Origin: Candidatus Gottesmanbacteria bacterium
GTDB taxonomy: Bacteria; Patescibacteriota; Microgenomatia; UBA10105; UBA927
DNA length: 64,000 nucleotides
Direction: 5' to 3'
Assembly: GCA_963790805.1 (NCBI GenBank)
Contig: CAWBPL010000002.1
Span: 696 to 64,695 of the forward strand
Below are positions 57,016 to 64,000 of this stretch, piece by piece (position 1 is the first letter of the stretch; every line of letters begins with the position of its first letter). Under the pieces are notes generated by a model, which had not been told where the DNA came from, did not search any database, and was given only the letters and a program-made list of their open reading frames with translations. Both the position numbers and the translations under genes were made by a program.

Positions 57016-58023
57016 TCAATTCGAATTTCTGCGGAAAAACATATTTGGCATTCGAAACCTTCGCCAGTTCATAAATCCTTCTGATCCTGAAGCCGGTGAG
57101 ACAGCCGGTGTGGTCGTTATAGTTCCTTGAGGCGTCAAAGAACCCCCGCGAACCCTAAACCCTCCCTGTGGTTGAGTATATTGACCAATGCCAACACCCC
57201 TTCTTCTCCACCCCCTCGGGTTTTGATCAAACTCCGAAATGGGCGCATTCGATGTAGCGCTTGATCTTGTTACGGCAAAACTTGCTCCGTCAGCACCAAG
57301 TGACGAAGGGGTTGCAAGCGACTGATTGGTTGCGTTGACCATGACGATTGGAAAAGCGCCGCTACCCGCAATCGTAACGTTTGTGCCGTTTTGCACCGCT
57401 CCCCCGCCGCTAAACTGCATCGTACCAAAATTATCCAAAGGAAGAATATTTGTTCCATCACTTGGCGCTTCTTCAATCCATTCTGCCGAAGACAACGAAG
57501 ACGTATACGTTTCTACCGTTTGATATGTTTGACTCGTCGTATTATCCCTTATTGTCATAAGCCACTGATTTGTTGTTGATTGCTCAGTTATAGAGACCGT
57601 CATAGAGTCACCAGGCTTTACCTGCAGGCCAGTAATGTCCAAAGCGGTGTTGGGAAGTAACTCATAGAACGCCGAGGACGTCACCTGACCGGACGGGCTT
57701 ATAACGTTTTGTGTACCTGCCTGAATTAAATCAGTACTCTTGACGCCCCCGATGCCCACCCACGTCGCATCTGCCGACGTATGACCGCTGCCAGTTACCA
57801 GAGGAACAGTCCACGTACCCGTCACTGAAGTAAAATTTCCGTTTGTGGAAGCATATCCCGACCAGTTGTGAGATGCTCCCGCTGATCCAACGTTGACGGC
57901 ATTTCCGGCTGAGGCTTGTGTGGGTTGATTGGGAATGGAAGAAGGTGTAGGAGTAACCGTTATCGCCGCCGTGGCTAGGCTTGCAATAAATGTTTTCCAT
58001 ACAGTGGCAAATGATTCAAACAT
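57016..58023 (-). CDS. exported glutamic peptidase, family G1 (eqolisin-like) with Arg/Gly-rich tail
   Basis: NWSGY..FTSVTGTWTVP..ATWVGIGG..LIQAG (catalytic Gln) ..AFYELLP..SAEWIEE (catalytic Glu). Confidence 0.8.
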   Translation of the reverse strand: MFESFATVWKTFIASLATAAITVTPTPSSIPNQPTQASAGNAVNVGSAGASHNWSGYASTNGNFTSVTGTWTVPLVTGSGHTSADATWVGIGGVKSTDLIQAGTQNVISPSGQVTSSAFYELLPNTALDITGLQVKPGDSMTVSITEQSTTNQWLMTIRDNTTSQTYQTVETYTSSLSSAEWIEEAPSDGTNILPLDNFGTMQFSGGGAVQNGTNVTIAGSGAFPIVMVNATNQSLATPSSLGADGASFAVTRSSATSNAPISEFDQNPRGWRRRGVGIGQYTQPQGGFRVRGGSLTPQGTITTTPAVSPASGSEGFMNWRRFRMPNMFFRRNSN

Positions 58024-58153
58024 AAAAAGTTACGTCTGAGCACTCTTTATTTTACTCTTTTTAGAGTAAACATGTTTTCTGAAAATAAACTGAAAAATAG
58101 TCTACTTACTTGAATTTTTATCTGCCAAGACGATAATACGTACCAGATTATCT

Positions 58154-58348
58154 ATGCTGAGCTTTTGGTATTTTGTTCCGAAGTCAGGAGTCGCCTTTAT
58201 TTTTATAAGCGTTGCCATGATCACATTCTGGAATAGCCAGAAAAACGCACTTGATCACCCATACATTTTAATTTTTTGTGCTGAACTTATATTGTTTATT
58301 ATTTGTTTTTTCATTGCCGACAACGAAAGTAATAAGAAACGAAAATAG
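58154..58348 (+). CDS. small membrane protein (2 TM)
   Basis: ORF only. Confidence 0.35.
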   Translation: MLSFWYFVPKSGVAFIFISVAMITFWNSQKNALDHPYILIFCAELILFIICFFIADNESNKKRK

Positions 58349-58421
58349 CCGAGTCAACACGTCAGTAATTGAGATCCACACTAAACCTGTTCGTATATTT
58401 TCGCTATAATGCAATCATCAT

Positions 58422-59285
58422 ATGCTTACAAATCTTCAGGCAATAATTTTTGGTCTCATACAAGGATTTACGGAGCTTTTTCCCATATCAAGTCTCGGGC
58501 ACAGCGTCATATTACCCCGATTACTCGGATGGCATATACAGCAAAGCGACCCGTTTTTCCTGACATTTCTTGTCGCCACCCATACCGCAACAGCTATAGT
58601 ATTATTTTTGTTCTTTTGGAAGGACTGGAAACGGATTATCGCAGGGCTATTTCGGTCGTTGAAAGAGCGTGAAATCAAAGAATCCGATTCAGATGCCAAA
58701 TTAGCATGGCTCTTGGTTGTTGGTACCATACCTGCGGGAATTTTAGGTCTCCTTTTCCAGGATGCATTGCAAAAACTTTTTGCATCAGCGCAACTTGTTG
58801 CGTTTGTTCTTATCCTTAACGGCATTCTTCTCTTTGGCGCCGAACAACTGCGTCTTAAAAATGTTCAAACGAAACAAACGTCAGCGGGTAGTAACGAACG
58901 CATAGCAAAACTCAGTTGGTTCCAATCGGTGAAAGTTGGAATACTTCAATGTCTCGCGCTCGTTCCCGGGTTTTCGAGAACCGGATCAACGATAACGGGA
59001 AGTTTGCTTGTCGGTCTTTCCCATGAAGATGCTGCGCGATTCGCTTTTTTACTCGCAACCCCGATTATCGGCGCCGCTTCTATTCTTAAGCTTCCCGATT
59101 TAGCTACACCGCAGGGACACGCAGTACTTATACCGACAACCATCGGAGCCCTTGCTGCTGGAATATCTGCCTATTTATCCGTAAAATTCTTAACGAAGTA
59201 TTTCGAAACGAACAAATTGTCTCCATTTGCTATTTATTGCGCCGCAATCGGACTTTTTAGCTCAATCCTCTTTTTATTTCGATGA
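58422..59285 (+). CDS. uppP: undecaprenyl-diphosphate phosphatase
   Basis: GLIQGFTELFPISSLGHS and PGFSRTGSTI motifs. Confidence 0.93.
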   Translation: MLTNLQAIIFGLIQGFTELFPISSLGHSVILPRLLGWHIQQSDPFFLTFLVATHTATAIVLFLFFWKDWKRIIAGLFRSLKEREIKESDSDAKLAWLLVVGTIPAGILGLLFQDALQKLFASAQLVAFVLILNGILLFGAEQLRLKNVQTKQTSAGSNERIAKLSWFQSVKVGILQCLALVPGFSRTGSTITGSLLVGLSHEDAARFAFLLATPIIGAASILKLPDLATPQGHAVLIPTTIGALAAGISAYLSVKFLTKYFETNKLSPFAIYCAAIGLFSSILFLFR

Positions 59286-59504
59286 AGATTTTTTACCACT
59301 TTGAAACCATGCGAAAGCAAACAATCCTAAACCTAAAAATAACGATCCTATTGCATGTTTATAATGACGCTGTGCAAGACTTGGATCGAATCCCGGCACA
59401 AAGCTCGGCAATGATTTCGCAGGCTCTATAAAATATATCGCTGCAAGAACAACAAATAAAAGACCAACAATAACACTTAATGAAACCAACAATTTTTTAT
59501 TCAT
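59274..59504 (-). CDS. small membrane protein (2 TM)
   Basis: ORF with two hydrophobic helices. Confidence 0.45.
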   Translation of the reverse strand: MNKKLLVSLSVIVGLLFVVLAAIYFIEPAKSLPSFVPGFDPSLAQRHYKHAIGSLFLGLGLFAFAWFQSGKKSSSK

Positions 59505-59594
59505 AACGATTAGTTAATACTAAAAAACACATGCTGTCAACTCCTGTTACTTCACAAAACACTCTAACTTATTTACAATAGAGAAATCCTAAAA

Positions 59595-61022
59595 ATGAAA
59601 AAGGTAATTTTGACCGTTTCTATAATCCTTCTTTGCCTCGTCGGGGGAATTTCATATATGTGGGTTCACCGACTGGAAACAAAAATTTTTATTCAGCGTC
59701 CCAAAACGTCAACCCCCACCTATACCTCAGTGGCTGACAGGTTCAACGCAAAAGTGCCCATAGATGTTCTGCTTCTTGGATATGCCGGAGGAAATCACGA
59801 CGGGCCGTATTTAACGGATTCCATGATGCTCGTTCACGTAGATCCGAAAACAAAAAAAATATTTCTTATCTCCATTCCTCGGGATATCTGGGTAAAAATC
59901 CCGACTTCTGGAACAGGCGGATCGTATTGGAAAATAAACGCTTCGTATGAACTGGGGTTGGATGATGCTACCTATCCTAATAAACAAGCACAATTTAAAG
60001 GCCAGGATGGCGGAGGAAGACTCGCAGAATATATGGTATCGCAGATAACAGGTATCCCCGTTGAATACTTCGTCGGCGCGGATTTTTCAGGATTTACAAA
60101 AACAATCGATGCCTTAGGCGGCGTCGATGTAAACGTCGAAACAACCTTCGATGACTTTGCATACCCCAACGAAGCGAACGCAACGCAAACATGCGGACAC
60201 AGCGCGGATGATATAAAAGCGTTTACCGCAACCGTTTCTGCTGAAACACAGATTTGGGCGTATTTCCCCTGTCGATATGAACACTTGCATTTTGATGCCG
60301 GTATAACGCATATGGATGGAGCGACGGCACTAACCTATGTTCGATCCCGCCATTCCTCACAGGACGGTACTGATTTTGGGAGAGCAAAACGCCAACGAAA
60401 TTTATTGGTTGCAGTGAAAAATAAAATATTTTCTATTGGCTTTATTACCCGAGCAATTCCGTTTATGCAAAGTCTCGGCAGCGACGCAACAACCGACTTA
60501 TCGGTTAGTGATCTGCAAACATTTCTGTCAAACGCCTCCACGCTTAATACATATGAGATAACCACTCTGGCGTTGACGGACAAAAACTTCCTCAATGATT
60601 CGCTCTCAAGCGATAACCAGAATATTTTGATTCCGAAAGCCGGTATGGATAATTGGACAAACGTCCATAATTGGTTATCAGACGAATTTAGCGGCAAACA
60701 GGTGCCCATACCGGCCATTGTGCAGGTCGAAAACGGAACACACACCGAAGGATTGGCGTTAACCGCAAACGAAATGCTTCAAAAAAACAATATACAAACA
60801 TTAACTCCGCAAAATGCAACAAGCAGAAACATTAATACTACTCAGATTATTGTATACGACAAAAATGTCAGCACCACAGATTTAAATGTAGTACAAAAGG
60901 AATTTAACGTACCATCCGTTACCTATGAAGCATCAACGGGAGCAGATTATAACGTTCTGGTGATAGTCGGGACTGACTTCAGTCCGAAGGAAAACATAAC
61001 GCCAACCGGATCCAACCCTTAA
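59595..61022 (+). CDS. LytR-CpsA-Psr (LCP) family glycopolymer transferase with LytR_C-like C-terminal domain
   Basis: TM anchor, VLLLGYAGG..DSMMLVHVDPKTKKIFLISIPRDIWV..ALTYVRSRH. Confidence 0.88.
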   Translation: MKKVILTVSIILLCLVGGISYMWVHRLETKIFIQRPKTSTPTYTSVADRFNAKVPIDVLLLGYAGGNHDGPYLTDSMMLVHVDPKTKKIFLISIPRDIWVKIPTSGTGGSYWKINASYELGLDDATYPNKQAQFKGQDGGGRLAEYMVSQITGIPVEYFVGADFSGFTKTIDALGGVDVNVETTFDDFAYPNEANATQTCGHSADDIKAFTATVSAETQIWAYFPCRYEHLHFDAGITHMDGATALTYVRSRHSSQDGTDFGRAKRQRNLLVAVKNKIFSIGFITRAIPFMQSLGSDATTDLSVSDLQTFLSNASTLNTYEITTLALTDKNFLNDSLSSDNQNILIPKAGMDNWTNVHNWLSDEFSGKQVPIPAIVQVENGTHTEGLALTANEMLQKNNIQTLTPQNATSRNINTTQIIVYDKNVSTTDLNVVQKEFNVPSVTYEASTGADYNVLVIVGTDFSPKENITPTGSNP

Positions 61023-61049
61023 TTCAGGGACCGATGATATACGAAATTC

Positions 61050-61640
61050 ATGAAACCGCCAGATAAAATACTTTCTTTCATAAGCATTGTAATAACCATA
61101 ATGGTCGGAGTATTTTTGCTCTCAAATGGGCCGAAGAGTAATTCTCAAGTAACTCAGCAATCGGCACCTACCCCTATAAATGTTCTTTCTGCGAGTTCCG
61201 AAAGCAAATGCCACGCGATCCACGTCGACGTATCCGATCCGCAGGCGTATCTTCCGGATACGACGTGTACTCCAGGAGTAACCGATCCGACAGTAACCCA
61301 AGATAATATCGAGACAACTATTTGCCGATCAGGCTATACGCAAACCGTACGCCCGCCGGTCACGTACACAAACGCCCTGAAAAAACAACAAATCGCCGAT
61401 TACGGATACGAAGATACCGACATGAGAGATTATGAGGAGGACCATTTTATCTCTCTTGAGTTAGGCGGCAACCCGAAGGACCCAAAAAATCTATGGCCGG
61501 AACCACATGCGTCTATGAATGAAAAGGATGCGGTGGAAAACTACCTTCACGAGCAGGTCTGCTCAGGAGGTATGACGCTTAGCGTTGCACAGCAGGAAAT
61601 TACAAAAAACTGGTATGAAATTTTTAAACAAATTAAATGA
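61050..61640 (+). CDS. membrane-anchored HNH-nuclease-like protein
   Basis: EEDHFISLELGGNPKDPKNLWPEP resembles the DH..P...GG...NL HNH core. N-terminal TM. Confidence 0.5.
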   Translation: MKPPDKILSFISIVITIMVGVFLLSNGPKSNSQVTQQSAPTPINVLSASSESKCHAIHVDVSDPQAYLPDTTCTPGVTDPTVTQDNIETTICRSGYTQTVRPPVTYTNALKKQQIADYGYEDTDMRDYEEDHFISLELGGNPKDPKNLWPEPHASMNEKDAVENYLHEQVCSGGMTLSVAQQEITKNWYEIFKQIK

Positions 61641-61659
61641 AAGGAGAATTCCCGTTATT

Positions 61660-62811
61660 CTACGATCCCCGATTACGTTTTCCGCTCAATTCTGAAATAT
61701 AGAAAGAAGCCAATAGTGTGGTTAGCGGTACTGCGGCAACCAACCCGATACTTCCGGCCAGAGTTCGAACGATTTCCTCAACGATAAGTTCGCTGTTTAC
61801 AATCGACCAAAGGGGATAATTATTAGGATTAAGAACAAGCGTTAGAAAAATTGGAAGCGATGCGCCGGCATAAGCAAGAACCAGCGTGTTCACAAGAGAT
61901 GCAATATGTTCTCTGCCGATAACAAGGCCGGATTTAAATAATTGTCTAAATCGGAAGTTCGGATTTGCTTTTGCAAGTTCAAATACGGAAGCGGCTAATC
62001 CAGTAGTTACATCATCAAGAACACCCAAGGTACCAATAAGAATTCCCCCTAAAAGTAACCCCTGAAAATTAATTTTCGCCGTCGGTCCGAGTTGCAGGGA
62101 GTAGGCGTCATCACTCCCTAAACCCGACAAGAATGTCATATGTACAAATAAAGTTGAAAGGACACCCGTAAATATGAGGGTGATAAATGTTGAGATGAGG
62201 GCAATCGTCGTTTTCTTGGAAAATCCATGCGCTAAATAAATCGTGATAAACATAATGATGAAACACCCGACAATACTGATAAACAACGGGTCTTTATCCG
62301 CCAATATTTGAGGCACAACAAACTTTGCTATAACCGCGAGGCTCACGATCATCCCCAACATAGACCCTAATCCCTGCCATCCGCTTAATACTAAAATTGC
62401 AAGGAAAAAAACGATTAGGATAGGAACAAGTTTATTGAGGCGGTACTTATCGGCTATCTGATACGAAGGCTGACCGTCCGGACCGATTATTTTTGTCACG
62501 ACGATGGTATCTCTCTCGTTAACAAGCTGACTTTTATCAATATGAACGTCTTTCCCTGAATCGATAACGATTTCTTTTCCCTTCATATCACCATCAAGGA
62601 TTTTTACACGCACGTTCTGATAGGGATTTACAAATCCGTACGCCTGAACTTCACCCTGATCTAAAATTTCCTCAACGTACGCCTTATAAAATTGCTGCTG
62701 TTCCTGTTGTTGTGGTGGGAGCGCGTCGGACTGTGCGTGCACGTTTGATTGAGGAACAAATACAAGAAAACTAACGAGCAGGAAGAATGTCAAACCAATA
62801 ATTTTTTGCAT
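61660..62811 (-). CDS. YibE/F-family membrane protein
   Basis: Signal/TM, a soluble ~110-aa domain, then 7 TM. The family assignment is from memory of this architecture. Confidence 0.6.
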   Translation of the reverse strand: MQKIIGLTFFLLVSFLVFVPQSNVHAQSDALPPQQQEQQQFYKAYVEEILDQGEVQAYGFVNPYQNVRVKILDGDMKGKEIVIDSGKDVHIDKSQLVNERDTIVVTKIIGPDGQPSYQIADKYRLNKLVPILIVFFLAILVLSGWQGLGSMLGMIVSLAVIAKFVVPQILADKDPLFISIVGCFIIMFITIYLAHGFSKKTTIALISTFITLIFTGVLSTLFVHMTFLSGLGSDDAYSLQLGPTAKINFQGLLLGGILIGTLGVLDDVTTGLAASVFELAKANPNFRFRQLFKSGLVIGREHIASLVNTLVLAYAGASLPIFLTLVLNPNNYPLWSIVNSELIVEEIVRTLAGSIGLVAAVPLTTLLASFYISELSGKRNRGS

Positions 62812-62872
62812 GTGTGGGATATCATATCAAGAAAACGTAATCAATTCCACGATTTTTGTTTTCGTAGAACTT

Positions 62873-63712
62873 TTATTCAACTTCATGAGGTGTCGGGGCG
62901 TAATAATGAGGAGAAATCATATGAGCAAAGGGCACGGTTACCAAATAAGTGAGTGACGCTAATCCTGCAATAAAAAAACTTACCGGAACATGAAAGAATA
63001 ATCCCAAAAACATTCCTCCCCACATAAATCCTAATCCAAAACCAACAGACAGCAAAACGGATGTCATAGGTTTATTCGATAAATGTTGAGAAACTGCCGC
63101 TGGCGCAATAAGAAGGGAAAATACCAACAATACCCCGACGACGAGAATTGCTTCAGCAATTGTTAAGCCAACAAGCACCATAAAAATAATGCCCAGTAGT
63201 TGTATTGGTACACCACGAGCCTCTGCAACCTCTGGATCAATTGAAGAGAATAGTAAAGGTCTAAATATAATTCCAAGAACTGAGAGCGCGATTATACCGG
63301 TCACGAGCGATAAATAAAGATCTCCTTTCGTAACACTTAAAATCGAACCAAACAGTATTCCAACAGCCTCAGTTGCATTACTGGTATAGAGTTTAAGAAA
63401 TAATACTCCCAACCCCAAAGCAAAGGACAATACTATTCCTATCTCTATATCTCTTCCTTTTAACCTGTTGCTAAATACGCCGAACCCTAAAGCCACAAGC
63501 GTGGTAAAAATAAACGTTCCCATAAGGGAACTTAACCCGACAACTGCCGCTCCTGTCGCGCCTGTAAATCCGACACACGAGAGCGATTCCGCTGCAAACG
63601 CCTGTGCGCGAAGAACCACAAAGTATCCAACGATGGCGCAAATTACAGCAATGAGTGTCCCCGCGATAAAGGCATATTGTATAAATTGATGACTAAAGAG
63701 TTGCAACATCAT
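62873..63712 (-). CDS. metal (Zn/Mn/Fe) ABC transporter permease, ABC-3 family
   Basis: 8-9 TM with FMQRA-like FIQYAFIAG and the typical ABC-3 layout. Confidence 0.85.
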   Translation of the reverse strand: MMLQLFSHQFIQYAFIAGTLIAVICAIVGYFVVLRAQAFAAESLSCVGFTGATGAAVVGLSSLMGTFIFTTLVALGFGVFSNRLKGRDIEIGIVLSFALGLGVLFLKLYTSNATEAVGILFGSILSVTKGDLYLSLVTGIIALSVLGIIFRPLLFSSIDPEVAEARGVPIQLLGIIFMVLVGLTIAEAILVVGVLLVFSLLIAPAAVSQHLSNKPMTSVLLSVGFGLGFMWGGMFLGLFFHVPVSFFIAGLASLTYLVTVPFAHMISPHYYAPTPHEVE

Positions 63713-64000
63713 GTTTTTGTACTCCTACCCAATTTGGTTCTATCAAACGAACGATTATATACGTACTAAATGAGAATGTTGCGATAAAAAAACTTACAGG
63801 CAAATTTGTTAGAGCGGCAATAAATATTCCAAACCAGCTATATGCAATTCCCAAAACAATCGCAACACCAATAGAAAGGTAAGGATTTTTCACTATCCGC
63901 ATTGCTGTGGCCGCCGGACCGACAAGAAGGGTAAATACCAGTAATACTCCAACGACCTGCACTGACACGGAAACGGTTATTGCGACAATAACCAAGAATA
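63693..64000 (-). CDS. second ABC-3 family metal transporter permease (C-terminal part; gene runs off the window)
   Basis: Sequence parallels the C-terminus of the neighbouring permease. Overlaps it by 20 nt. Confidence 0.8.
   Translation of the reverse strand, partial: FLVIVAITVSVSVQVVGVLLVFTLLVGPAATAMRIVKNPYLSIGVAIVLGIAYSWFGIFIAALTNLPVSFFIATFSFSTYIIVRLIEPNWVGVQKHDVATL

Overview
This 64-kb window looks like it comes from an uncultured bacterium with a Gram-positive-type envelope. A Patescibacteria/CPR-like origin is my inference only, based on a CxxC-x17-CxxC protein, a lamin-tail-domain protein, many Pro-Thr linkers, a short SufD and few biosynthetic genes. The standard genetic code fits, and there is no rRNA, CRISPR array, transposase or integrase.

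**Core blocks**
- lon, with a CIRCE-like operator
- korAB plus ferredoxin, followed by sufCBD-Rieske-sufSU
- an exported methionine-sulfoxide repair operon (dipZ-like, msrB, msrA)
- tspO
- an ArsR/rhodanese cluster
- a MarR/ABC-exporter/HlyD locus
- uppP, an LCP gene and two metal ABC permeases

**Lower-GC accessory patches (GC judged by spot counts only)**
1. 1.2-4.9 kb: a decayed nuclease/ATPase (DUF2075) with mazG-like, radC and an orphan gene. The last two are driven by a duplicated hairpin-bearing promoter.
2. 30.3-30.5 kb: tRNA-Gln embedded in a 16-bp helix, followed by a broken tRNA-like copy that abuts a GNAT start codon.
3. 32.4-37.3 kb: a roughly 1630-aa frameshifted surface protein with a duplicated unknown N-terminal domain.
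4. 37.8-39.7 kb: two proteins built from repeated helix-turn-helix units.
5. 52.5-57 kb: a GT2::radical-SAM fusion, a second radical-SAM enzyme and a GT-C transferase. I consider this the best candidate for an undescribed system, either a lipid-linked glycan or protein O-glycosylation pathway or a RiPP-like pathway.

**Cross-cutting observations**
- Many genes have a -10 box only 6-12 nt from the start codon, which suggests leaderless transcripts.
- Three genes in the window carry four frameshifts.

All calls rest on reading motifs in the supplied translations and DNA. No searches were run.
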